A DNA stretch of 64,000 nt from Convolutriloba macropyga. Taxonomy: Eukaryota. Location: the NCBI RefSeq assembly GCF_964194025.1, contig NC_134482.1, positions 7,874,001 to 7,938,000 on the forward strand, written 5' to 3'. Shown one piece after another: positions 1-12,647 of the stretch; positions within the stretch are counted from its first letter, which is position 1; every line of letters begins with the position of its first letter. Below the pieces are notes generated by a model that was not told the origin of the DNA, searched no databases, and saw only the letters and a list, made by a program, of their open reading frames with translations. The position numbers and the translations under genes were made by a program.

Positions 1-260
1 CAGTTGCAAAGCACCATTGACAAAAATCCACGAAACACCAGCGAAACAGATCAAAAATCCGGCACAAACATCAGAAGCACAAATTCAATAGCAGAAAAAA
101 ATTAAACTTCGTAAAAAAAGTTAACGTTAAGCAAAGACAAAGCTAAGATTAGGATCGACCCAATTAATTAAAAATTCTGTCTCAACAGACTATTCATCTT
201 CTGAAGGAAGAAAGACCCAAGCATACATGAACAGTCAAAACCACGCATCCAGAACTGAAA

Positions 261-1800
261 TTGAACAAAAGCAACACAATTCAAGCAGTGAACGACAGCC
301 AGAGCAACAACTACTACCCAACTGAAAATTCAGTTGCTAAGACGGTAGAAAAACAGAGCATCACCAAGTGCTCAGGATACAGAGAAATGTTTCAGAATCA
401 TCTTCAGCGAAGCAAAAGCATTAGAAACAGAATAAAAAATGATATTGAATTTGAAGCAAAGTTGCGACTCGACCTAGCACTGTTTGAAAGGAAAAAGATT
501 GAGCTCCAAACTCAAGTGAAAGAACTGGAGAAGAAGCATCCACTACTGGAAGAAGAGAGTGAGCTGGATCCCAAAATGACAAGAATATGTTTAGAAAATG
601 ATGATGTCCACTTTCAATCTTCCAGTATTCGAGACAAATTAACCTTCAACTGCACCCAAGGAACAGAGATATCTCGGATTGATCTGGCTAAATTGACAAG
701 CATCTAACATCGGAGCGATCAACGGCTAGCTTTGAAGCGACACCTAAACTGAATAGACGTAGTTCCTTCTCACGATATTTAAGTTCGCGCGTTGTTCTTC
801 AAACGTTGATGACCGGGACTTTTTACCCAGAGCAGGTTTCCGATGTAGCAGTGGTTTTTCATGTGCCAGTAACCTAAAAAGCGGATTATGAACAACTACA
901 ATAGAAACCCTGTCGAGTAGGCGGAGTAGTCTAGTATGTCCACTGCTGCACAGGATTGACTACTCATACTCAGAAAATTTGAGCCATCTGAGGACTCTTC
1001 TGACTGGCAAGAAAAGGTCAGAAATCTCTGAAATGCGGTATTCTGGACAATTTTTGATGCTGCTGGGTACATTTTAGACAGGTTTCTTGGGGAAAAATCA
1101 TGTGATCATCGATACACATTTGGAGAGCCTTCGCATGGGTATTCAGGTGCAAGCCCACAACTAAACAGTTCTGATAAGTTTTTCACTTAATGTTTGGAAC
1201 TTTGAGAATGTGCTCACGTATTATCAGCAGATTAGTGATTTGCTATCAATTTTTACTTTGCGCATAGCAGTAGAAAAAATATCTCAAGCTTTGAATGAGA
1301 AGTGTTGGTTCTACAATGATGATAAAGATGAGGACTGACCTTATCTGATCAAATTTTCAAAAAGGGTTTCTAATATGGTTTTCGTGCTTCAAGGGCTCTC
1401 AGCTCTCAAAGAGAATGAAAAGAAGAAGACCGAAGAAACATGAAGAGAGACAAACGGTTCAGAAAGGTATCGAACTCCAGTACTAGTTCGAATTTGAAAG
1501 AAAAAGAGCGAATACAAAACTATCACTGTCTCCTAGCTGATGGCCGTCACAAAAGTTGAGAGTGTCCACTGTTCAGTAACAGGAGTGTGAATGATTGGTA
1601 CACAGCAGTGAGTGAGCTTATGTTACGATGTCTGGCAAAAGACATGCGATCAATGCGTGCGGTAACAACGGATGTTTCCAGAAGCAGAACCGGTTACTGT
1701 ACTCAGAAAAACAAATTGGCGAGAGCAGTCACGCAGTCAACGCAAGCGCAGCAATAACCAAACTGAGTGAAGAAGTTCCTGCCAGATACCTCCTGTATCG
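261..1800 (+). mobile_element. Decayed BEL/Pao LTR-retrotransposon gag fragment
   Basis: Coiled-coil ORF at 261-707. It is followed by stop- and frameshift-ridden remnants resembling BEL gag: YNRNPVE*AE*SSM (~895, like YDGNPLEWPEWSSMF) and a zinc-knuckle series C..ADGRH..ECPLF / CY.CL.KRHAI / CGNNGCFQKQNRLLYSE (1525-1710). No pol or LTR is visible. Confidence 0.75.
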
Positions 1801-4519
1801 ATACTCAACAGTGAGAACATGTTGTGCCCGTATGAAATCTTCGTTATTGGATCTAAAGTTTTTAGTTCAAGATTGAATCGAGCACTGCATTTGCAATAGC
1901 ATGACAAGCGTAATTTAATTCCACATTCTACCGAAGGCAAATTGATTTGATTAATTTGCTCAAAGATAATATTTGGTAACTATTGTTAGTACATGATTAT
2001 CGTACATTAAGTGAATCTGAAAATCAAATTCGACCTACCCCGAAATCATCAAAGTCATGATTGCCAAATATTCTTGAACAATGAAACTGAATCTTTTTTA
2101 ACAACAAAGTGTGTTCAAATGGAGTACGGGTACAAAATTTGGTATGCCAATTTAAGAGAATTGGGCGCTATTCATTAAAATTGAGAGTTTTCGGGGCAGC
2201 GTATAAAGTATCCCGAAGCCCGAATTTAATGGATTCAGAGAATATGACGACATAGTTATCTCTATGAACTCAAAAATTCAGAAATGACAAGTAAATCAGT
2301 ATAAATAGAGTATGAAAAACAGCCAGAACCTCTGTTCAATTTTGCAACTTCGGTCATAACAAATTGACAAACAGTGTGTTTCTTGTTATTGTGTCTCGTT
2401 TCTGTAGATCATCTCAATGATTGTATAGTAGAACTATCTCTAACTTATTGAGAAGCAACTTAACTTTGATTTTCTCAAACATTCTTTCCTTCCGAAGAAT
2501 GAATTTCGTAATTAGGAAAAACTCTGTGCAGAGCACTTCGTCAGTTGCTCTTACTGGCTTTATCGAAGACTACCGTTGGTTGAATTTGGCGGTATCGAAA
2601 CCAACAGAGAGACTTGTTTACATTATTGTTGGAAAATTTTTATTAAGGTTCAGTTATAGTTAGACTAAATTTTTCACTTTTTGAATCTTTGTAATGGAAA
2701 TCTCAGGCTTTGCATTATTATAGCCAATTTATGACAAACAAGTTTTCAGAAAACGGCAGAGCTGGGTAATGTTTTTTAAAAACTGTATGGAAAAAAGAAC
2801 AGCGCGATAGTCAACTATAAAATAATCCAAAGAATGAAATCCTGAAAAATATGATTTACTTAATTGCCACTAAATCCTAGTAGTAAAAAAAATAAACTTA
2901 AAAATGAGGGCAAACGACAAAAAGCATCTGAATAGAAAATACCTGTATAGGTAACTAGCAAGCTGAGTTCATTAAAAAAGACTCGGCATCTAATCAAAGT
3001 TGAGTTTCCATCTGAAGCACAGAAAATATGCGTCGCAGAAAAAGAGAGGACAAACTATCTACAGTTAAGTGAAATTAGGGCATTACTTCAAATATTTGAC
3101 TCAATATAGGAAAAAAAATAATTTTGAAATCGTCAACCAGAGAAAAATAACCGATTGAAAAAACGATTTGTGAAATAGTTTGAGACAACCCGGACCTGTG
3201 TGTCATAACAATTTAGAACTGAATCAAAAAATTTCCATCACTTTTACTATGATCAGAGTTCTGATCATTATGGCATTTAATAGACATTTCAAGGTAAAAT
3301 TCATTGTAAAAGTCTGAATTCAGTATAAACATAATGAACTTCAATTCTGTATTTATCCTGGACTTAATGATTTTATGTCTGTTTTTCAACTGAACAGAAT
3401 GAAAAATCACCATCAACTGAGACTTCGAGAAAATGTGCAATAACATCATTTGAGAAAAAATACGTCAATCTGTTTGAAACACAGCCGCAATTAAGAATAG
3501 TTGAACAGAGCCAGGTCTTATTTTGAGCGAAAAATGCATAAAAAATTAACTCTGAAATAAATTGAGTCAAATTAGAAAAAAAATGACAAGCGTTAGAAGC
3601 ATAGCTCAAAAAGTAGCAAACGATTTTTTGTAACAGTCCTTAAAAGTGGTAGCTACACAGCTTTTCAAAATACGTTATACCAAATCTTTGCTTTTACTAT
3701 ACGTCAACGATGGGTTTGGAAACCATTGTTTTGTTGAGACGGAACATTTAGCATCTAAATTGATACGAATTTTTGGAATCAATAAATACGGAGGAGAATT
3801 CAACAAAGTGATATAGGTACTGTAGTGTGAAAGGGAAAACAACAGATCTGCGCGAAATTCGGAAAGCATATAAAAAATTGGAAACTAAAATAGCCATACA
3901 AATTTTAGGAAAACCTTGGAACAGATGAAACGTGACACGTTACCAAGTTATGTTATAAGAAATGTCAATTTGATAGACATCCATATCGTCCGGAAACTAT
4001 TATAGTGGCAAAATGGGAAAAATTTCTAATATGTTAAAGAAACGAATGCCGCCAAAGTTGCAAAAGGCTTTAAAACCTCATTAACAAATTTTCTCTTATT
4101 TATGGTCGCAAAAAGAGCGGTCGTGAAAATCGAAATGAATGTATTGGTCAAAATGCCGCATTTGAATAAAAAATCTTTTTAATAAATGTGTCCTCTTTAA
4201 ATCAAAGAGTGATTTTAGACTGTGTAGTAGATGTATTTATATGGCAGTAGCTTTTTGACACATGTGCTGCTAATACTGATTCATGAATAATTAAACAAAT
4301 CCTTCAATTTTGATTTGTAACTAAAGAAAGAATAAAAACAAAATATTCGAGGAGTTCTTTAAAAACAGCGACACTAAAATAAAATTCAAGTTCAAAGCAC
4401 TTAAAACTAAGCGCTTAATCATAATTGATAATGTAGAAAAGGTTGCTCAACAAGTATTCTAATTGGTGTTTCAATCATTGGACAGAAAACATAGTCAATG
4501 TAACATTATGAGATTTTTA

Positions 4520-6166
4520 CAATTCAAAGAATTTGAATTGTATTGGCGCGCTGTGTTTTTTTTGAGATGTGTTCACACTTCTTATTTCAAGACTTTGATC
4601 TTTCAAAACGGGATAAACAGGTAAAGCCCAGCGGGCATTAAGTTCCATTAGAGGCCCAAAGTAGGCTTTAGTAGTCCTTGAAGTGCTTATAGAGGTGCAG
4701 CGGCTGGGATGACCTTAATTTAAGGTTAAAAAGTCATTTTTAGGCGTTTTTTGGCTCAAATTGGTGCAATTTTTCATGTTTTTTGTGATTTTTTATTTTG
4801 ATTAGTCTCAGATTGAAGTTTTTAAAATTTGATGAAGGCCTTTTGCGAGACAAAATTTCTTTTTATGACCATTTTATGAGCTATATGTTTTGGTACTGCA
4901 AACACAAACACGCAAAATGATACTAATTTTTGCCATTTTTTTCAGGTTTTTTAAAAATTTTTGTCCTTTTTTTTTTAATTTTTTAGCCGTAGGTGTCAAC
5001 AAACCTCCTCTAGGTTTTGATAAAGGGTTTGATGAGAGATTACTGCATGGTTTCTAGTGGTAAAATCGTTTTCATGTTTTTGCCATCATTAATTTTAGCA
5101 TTTTTTGACAAAACTTTTCATATTTTTTTCATATTTTTGACATTTATTGTCATTATTCAAGTTGTTTGAGTCCCAGGGGCCAGAGGACCTCACCAGGGGT
5201 TGTATAACGTTATTGAAAAGTTTTTAGTGTACTTGGAATAGGTTTCAACTTTTCAATATAACAAATTTTAGCAATTTTTTTTTTGAGAAAATTCGCAGTT
5301 TTTCAGCTTTTCGAAAATTTTTGTCATTCTTTCAGTTTTCGCATTTTTGTTAAGGCTTCCTTAAGTTGTTTTTCAGTTTATGATATTCGTCCATTCTCAA
5401 GTGCGAGACAACGTATTCCAAGTTCTGATTAAAATGTACTGCATGGTCTTTAGTTTCAATGGATTTGTTTTCAAGAATTTAACCTTTCGACTTTTAGAAG
5501 TTTTTTGATAAAGTTTGCAATTTTCAAGGTTTCTCAAAACATTTGTATTTCATTTTTTTTCTTGCCTCAGTAGCTTTATTCAGGGCTTGATGGTATTTTA
5601 TTAAACAGTTGCTAGGGTGCAATTGAATGGCTTTCAACATTTTCATAGAACGAATTTTTTTTTGAAGTTTGAAATTTTCTTAAAATTATTGCCTATCGAT
5701 ATATGAGCCAATGAGTTTTTTAAAGCTTGGAATTGGGTTATTGGATAGACTCTTGAGACACAGAAATGATTCTGAAGATAATTATATCACGATTTTTAGC
5801 AATATTTCCTTATAATTTGCAATTGATGTCTTTTTTTTCTAAATTTTTTGTTCATTTTCGAGTTAATCGATCTTCAAGAGCCAATGAATTTTTTTTCAGG
5901 TCTTACAGATATAATACTGGACGGATTTCAGAAACAAAAATTGGTTTTGAACATATTTTCGAAATAGGCCTTTTTAAAGGGAAAAAATTTTGGCTGAGGT
6001 TTAAAAGCTTCGAGAGTTTTAGTAATGAGTATATTTTTGTTTAGTTTTGATTCTTTAGTTTCTCAATTTTTTGAGATGATTTTGTTTGTGTTCTGGCTGG
6101 TATTGTTCAATTGATCCTCTGGTCAGGTTGAGTACGTCCCAGTTTCTCATTCAATTCTTTGAATTG
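4520..6166. mobile_element. Non-autonomous DNA transposon, 14-bp TIR CAATTCAAAGAATT, TA TSD
   Basis: ta|caattcaaagaatt ... aattctttgaattg|ta. The first ~65 bp match the element at 29822. Confidence 0.75.
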
Positions 6167-8363
6167 TATTTTAGTACTTGTCCTGCTTTGCTTTTTTATT
6201 TCTACCAAAATTTTTAATTTATTCTTATTTTTTATCAAACTCCAAGTTGCAATAAATTACAGCAAAATCATTTTATTGGTTGTCTTTTACTCAAATTTGC
6301 CTATAAACTCATTCATGTTCAAAAAGCAAAAATTGACAACAAAACTTTTGCTTCACAGTTATTGCTATTTGATACAAACCACCAAATTGATATTTCCCTT
6401 AAATTAACATAAAATTTGCCTGAAAAAAACACGAAAAACGGTTTAAAACGGTAGGTACTCAATTTCACATAACTTTACAATCTTATGTCTTTTTTTAAAA
6501 AAAGACTTGTGGTTTATTGGATAAGTGATTGTGGCCAAACAACCAGCTAATTGTTGGTAAGCAAACGCCTTCTCTTGAGGACTATTCTGTTTGAATAAGT
6601 TTTTCGTCAAATTTTAAACTTTAGATCAAATCTGTTATTTCTTACCTAATTGTTCCTGTGTTTCTTTCTGTTTCTCTCTATACGACGAGCGATTACACAT
6701 ACCAGTTGACCCTCCAATTTTTTTTTGTTGACGATTATCTGATTACAAAAAAGCAAATCCAAAAGGCCTTTAATCTGCGAACTATTCAAAAATAGGCAAA
6801 AATTGGCAAAAATTATGCAACATACTTTTTTCAAAACAACAAATTCTTTAAACTACTCTTTCTACTGTGAATGAAGACGCAAGGAGTTTTTGCCAATACA
6901 ACATGTGTTGTGTTAGTTTGGTTGGAAATGTTTAAACAGAAAAAAAGCGGGGCAGGCAAATAGTTCTCATTTTTTTTTTTCAAAAAAATGAGAACATCAA
7001 ATTTAACAGCATTGAAAGGAAGAAACTTTGCACGTCTTGTGTCGTTGAAAGAGTTTGTTCGTCGCCAGGTTTGATCCGTGGTTTGATTTATTGGTATTTG
7101 CCTCTTATAGCTGGTTAGTATCGCAGTTAGCTGCCAATGGTTTTTCACATTTCTTCATAGAAATGAAAATAAAAATGAAAAAAAATTTTCTGGTAAGGAA
7201 CACTTGTTACTGGGCATCTGCGCTAACATGATAGACAATGAGTTTTCCGGTGATAATTTTTCTGATATGAGGTGCACTCTAGAAGGAGGGAAGATACTAT
7301 GATATGCTCAATTCATGATAACATTATGGAATTTGGCATAGTGAGGTATAGCGAGATTTGAGTAGGAAAAAATGAAAATAACAGTTGAGCGCGAAATATT
7401 GAAGTGTTTTTTAAATTTTTTAGTGTTTTCGAAGTGTTTTCTGAAGTGTCATCTTTGAGGATTTATCGGATTTTTACAGTAGTGAGTGTTCAGGTCGTTT
7501 TCACTATTTTTCTTCAATTTTTTACTTTTTACAAAGTGTTTGCTTTAATATACTTTATTTTGAAACAGTTTTTTTTCTACGGGGGATTGGTTTTACTTGT
7601 AAACATGAAACAGCCGCCTTGCTTAAAAAATGGTTTTTGCTTAATTCAATTCATCAGTTTGAGATAAATATGAGGGTTTGAACTCATAATAACGCTAGAT
7701 AAGGATTTTTTTCAAAGTTGAAAACAGAGGACTATTGATTATAACGTTTTGCCGCCCTGTGCCCTATATAATAACCAATAAATACTGTCAAATTACCAAA
7801 CACTGTCGAGTAAACGTATTTTACTATGGAATGTTAATGAAGTTTTTACTACCAAAATTAAGTTAATCTTGGCTTGAAGTTTCTGCAATAATAGATATCA
7901 TAGTTATAATATCACGTTTTTAATCCACATGATTTAATCACAAATTTAATGCAAATGATCTCAACAAATTGCGTTACTTGAGATGATAAAATTGTACATT
8001 AATCTCCAATTTATTGATCCCAGCAAAAGTTATTAACCTATTCTCCGTTTCACAGAACTCTGCCAAAGGGGTGAAAATATGCAAGACTGAGATTTTAGAT
8101 TTGTGGTAACTATGGGTTCCGAACGACTGCAACATCATTTTTACTCCCATGAACAAGTTACTAAGTTACTCTCTTACCCTTAGAATAAATTAGGAGAAAT
8201 TTACAGACTTCATACCAAGGTATTAAAATTTTGTAAATATTCGGTTTTCGAAGTCCTATGGATTTGTCATGATGACCCATAACTGCTATCCTATTCATTC
8301 TTTCAAATCAATTGTTGAGACCCTAGGGACATATTTGCAGAATTTTATTGCAGATATTGTTTA

Positions 8364-8571
8364 CCCGGATTGAGACCGAATGGTTAACTTGAAAGAACTT
8401 GCAAGTTTCTTGCAAAAGATGGTTAACTTGTAAGAACTTTTAGTCGAATGGTTAACTTGTATGAACATGCAAGTTTTTGGTAGAAAAACTTGCAAGGCGA
8501 TGCATCGCCTTGTAAGAACTTGCAAGAAATTTTCAACTTCTTAAAAGTTAACCATTCGACCTCAACCAGGG
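8364..8571. mobile_element. CACTA/EnSpm-like MITE (GAATGGTTAACTT motif family)
   Basis: The left end cccggattgagaccgaatggttaactt matches the reverse complement of the right end, ccctggttgaggtcgaatggttaactt. TA/TA flanks. Internal repeats of tggttaactt and aacttgcaag. Confidence 0.85.
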
Positions 8572-9463
8572 TAGATTTACATAATCTTGGTTATCTTGAT
8601 TAATGTAAAAACTTATGTTCTTATGGATTTCATGTTAGCACAATCAACTACTGCTGCTCTCTATTCATCTTTCCTAGGATTCATCGCCCCGGCCCGCAAT
8701 AAATTCCTAGAACTCTTTCCTTAGTTTTTTATGGCAAAAATTTTTTTAGTTTTTTAGCGCACAACTTGAAACGTTCAATTGTTGTAAGTCAAAGCTAAAA
8801 TAATTGAGTTCAACTTTTAATTTAAGCGTTGAATTTACCTAATATTTTTGCTTAGCATTGCAATTTTTTTTGAATTTTTAAGATCTGCACGAAGTTCAAA
8901 AGCACAAAATTTTGAGTGTTTAACGCTAAACTACCCGCAAAATTAAGATCAACCATAATTTTTCAGGAAGTTTATATCAGATCTAATTTTAGATAATCAC
9001 AACTTTTTAGGATCTACGCTTAAGAACGCAAAACAATCTAATATCTACGCTTAGAAATTCAAAGTCATCTAGAATATTTTCTAAGAAACGCAAAATTATG
9101 TGATAACTTCGTTTAGAAATTCACCGCAAATCTAAGATATTTTGCGGTGAATTTACGTCTGTAAATTGAACTCATTCAACTACAATTATTTAAGAAATCT
9201 GCGGTGATTTTGCTAACGTTTCAAAGCTAGTTACCGCTTTTTCGATGCAATTTGAGACAACTTTTGCACTGTTAACAGCATTTTCATACTTCTTCTTTCT
9301 TACTTATAGCTTTTTCAGACTGAAAGTTTATCATGCTGCTGTTTAATTGCAGACATTTTTTTCCGAAATTTGTCATGAAATGTCTATAATATGACATGCT
9401 CAGAGTACTAAAAAGATTCAAAATGCAGATTTGGAGTACTGTGATTCAGCACTGTTTTACAAG

Positions 9464-9971
9464 CCCGTGTTGCTCACCAAATTTTTTCTTAGCAATCATA
9501 CAAAGTCATATATGATTCTTAGAAACAATACAAAGTCATATATGAGTGGTATGAAAATTTGACAATCATACTAAGATCACTAAAAAATTGATTGATGCTT
9601 TCAAATACAGCACAATAGTTCAAACCAACAAGTCTTACCATACTTTCAGCCAAAAAGTGAACAAACGAGAAAACGGTTGTCTGAATGGATCGGTTTTTAT
9701 CGTTTTTTGGGTTCACCCTATCCTTGTGCCTTTATAGGGACTGCTCCGCTTCTGTTGTGTGTTTCGCTTGCCTTTATATTTTATGGTGCTACATTTCTTT
9801 TGTTAATGGTTTGTTTGTTTTAGTACAACGATCGTTTATAATTTCTTAAAAATCTTACAAAGTCATATATCAAAAAAGGAAATCTTATTAAGATCATGCT
9901 AAGATGTAGTCTATGATGTGTATGGTATCATATATGCTCTTAGTACAATTAGAAAGAAAACGCTACTCGGG
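9464..9971. mobile_element. CACTA-like non-autonomous element (AAGTCATATATG motif)
   Basis: cccgtgttgc ... gctactcggg termini, AG/AT flanks, repeated acaaagtcatatat. Confidence 0.55.
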
Positions 9972-10166
9972 ATGTTAGTAATATTCGGCTTTTTACATAA
10001 TTTTGGCAACATTCCACGACCCGGACAGAGTAACAAAAACTTACATTTTTCCGTATTTGGCGACCACCTGTTTTTCTATAATGTCCCATAACTGTTAGCT
10101 TAATCTCTGAATAAAGCTGTTCCCTGCGCTAGCATCGAATCAACTCTTTTTTTCTCAAATAAGATA

Positions 10167-10772
10167 TTAGCAGAATGAGCAAAAATCTAAGATTTTTTTG
10201 ACTGTTGGCAAATTATCCCTGAATTGCTGCAGATCCCATTCTCGTTTGTGGAACATAATGTCCATCGACGTTGAAGGGACATTAAAACTATTTCCCCATT
10301 CCAACAATTCTATCTCGCATCGCGTTTTTTTATTGCTCAAAGGCTTATAAACAGGCAAAATTATCCAATCCAAAAAACTGAAGTGTTCCGATTTCAAAAT
10401 CATCAAACATTCCACCTTCAAAACTCTCAAGGAGTCTGAAAATAATTCTTCGTAGTCAATTAATGGCCCCACTTCACTTCGAGGTCTGTCATGTAGTTTC
10501 AAATGGAGCCAATAAAATTTCCAATTAGATTCGCTCATAAAACTTAAAGCGCTCTCAAATTGCACCAGACAATGTTCATTAGTAGATGAAGCAAACAACA
10601 GGTAACATTTGTCCAATATGTCTCTGATTGTGGTGCATGTGGCTCTCAAACGCATAATGTCTCCAAATTGAGGAAGAGATTCGGCGAAATTTGTCGGCTT
10701 GGGATGTAAGTATATCATGTATTGGCTTATAAATTGCCATAGATTTAGCGGTAAGTCGAAAAAAGCTGCCAT
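10167..10772 (-). CDS. F-box-like protein, probably 3'-disrupted (possible pseudogene)
   Basis: ATG-initiated 201-aa ORF. The N-terminus FFDLPLNLWQFISQYM...DIMRLRATCTTIRDIL fits the F-box pattern L.LP.e....I...L...dl..l..tC......i, followed by Leu-patterned segments (LRVLKVECL). The sequence after the A-run near 10195 reads like a frameshifted continuation. Confidence 0.6.
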   Translation of the reverse strand: MAAFFDLPLNLWQFISQYMIYLHPKPTNFAESLPQFGDIMRLRATCTTIRDILDKCYLLFASSTNEHCLVQFESALSFMSESNWKFYWLHLKLHDRPRSEVGPLIDYEELFSDSLRVLKVECLMILKSEHFSFLDWIILPVYKPLSNKKTRCEIELLEWGNSFNVPSTSMDIMFHKREWDLQQFRDNLPTVKKILDFCSFC

Positions 10773-12224
10773 AAAGTTTTCCGATCAGATATATTAAGTG
10801 GATTAAGTATCAATACCCTAAAAATACTCAGACGAGATTATGTTAATTATTCAAACATTCCACTTCCGTCATGAACAAATTGTATTATGCAACCTTTACC
10901 TTGAAGTCACTTCTCTTTTCTCCGAACAAAAATAGAATGACACTAAAACATATCAGATCTCGTTAATGATGCAGCATGAACTCTTTGTTGGCTTTTTCCT
11001 TGCAAATAACTGTTATGATTCTAAACAGTAAAGCATAATTGTCATTAGTACCAAATTTCTAGTTACAGTGAAAATATTTGAGCAATTACAAAAGTCCAAA
11101 ATTCCGTCCAGATATATCTTGCTGAAATGTTTAATCTATGTTGACTTCAATTGACGGCTTCGGGAAAGTTTGACAGTTTTAAATTACTTGCTCGTCTCAT
11201 TTGCTGAAATTTAAGGCAAAACTGAAAGTCGAAGTCCATTAAAGGCGAGTTCACTTTAGATAACGCAACGTTTAATGAACGCAAAAAACTTAGTGTGTTC
11301 AGTTGTGTCCAGCGAGTTTCTCCACATGATCAGTTTATAATAAATTGTTGTGAGAAGCATATTCTTCGAAATAATTTCTAGTATCAGAAATAATTATTCC
11401 TTTTCCCACGTGAGGAGTTGATTTCAAATCAGACCTGATCTAGATAAATTTTAATGCTGGTGCATACAGAAGTTTTGTAACGAAAGAGCGCATATTAAAT
11501 AAATTCACAACACTACAATTTGCTCATATTAAAAGAGACTCTTTTTCCTTATGTGTGTGATAAGACACACTTTTTTGTGTTTGAAAAGTCTCTCTTTAAT
11601 TTAACTAAAAATTTCAAAAGTTTAACTATAAAAAACTTAAATACGAAACCCTCAATGTAGAAAGTTTTTCTGACCTTCAAATTCTCAAAGTTTCGTATAA
11701 ATCGAAAAAAAAAGTATATTCAAATTTATGTTTGCAAAATTATATGATTTGCCTGGTGAGCTATCTTTGCTCACTGAATTTTGGAAGACATTTATATCAT
11801 TTTAGATGATCTAAAGTTCATTTTATATCGATATCGACAAGCGTCTTTGATCCACTTGACTATTGGTAAATGATCTCCAAAATTTTTGCTTGGAAAATTT
11901 TGAGTTATAGTTCTACATTTCTCCGAATTAATTTTGTATGCGGTTTGCAGAGGCTGGCATCTTATTTTTGTGGTCATAGAAGTGATAAAAGCCTTAAAAT
12001 TATTGACAACAAATTCCAGAAAACTAAAAACTTTTCTCTCTTTAAAAAGCCTTGGATGTCTTAGGTTTTGCCTGCTGGGAAACTAGATTGTTTCTGATTG
12101 AACCTAGTTAGTTCTTCTTTCTGCAACCTAGTTAGTTCCGCTAAGTAGTTCCTCCTTCTACGATTTAAAAATTTCTAAAAATTCGTTTGAATCCCGAAGA
12201 TTTAGGTTTACAGGTATTAATTAT

Positions 12225-12647
12225 TTGAGCGTGCTTTCAGTTTTATAATGCATGTAATGTTCGCTTTGCAGCAAAAAGAATGGCTACCGCCATTTTTATC
12301 CTAGTTGAATTCAGCGGATGTTTCTGATGATTCCAAGGAATTTCAAAAAATGAATGTTGTCTGATTTGAATCGCACTTAAGAAAAGTAATTCACGCACAA
12401 ATTTCTTGAAAAATTTTGGCGTGTTTGAGCGTGCTTTTAGTTTTTGTATTTGAGCGTGCTTTTAGTTTTTTTAACGCAAGTAATGTTTGCTTTGCAGCAA
12501 AAAAAATGACTACCGCCTTTTTTATCCTAGTTAAGTTCAGCGGATGTCTCTGATGATAACAAGGAATTTCAAAATGTGAATGTTGTCTGATTTCAATAGT
12601 ATTTAAGAAAAGTATTTCACGCACAAATCTATTTAAAAATTTTGGCG
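12225..12647 (+). repeat. Diverged tandem duplication, 2 x ~200 bp
   Basis: ttgagcgtgcttt...aaaaattttggcg occurs at 12225-12421 and 12450-12647, with an extra short copy of the unit start between them. Confidence 0.85.

Noticed and set aside
1950-3950. Coding-like minus-strand sequence (possible old pseudogene)
   Set aside because: Multiple stops in every frame examined and no recognisable motif; cannot be supported without a search.
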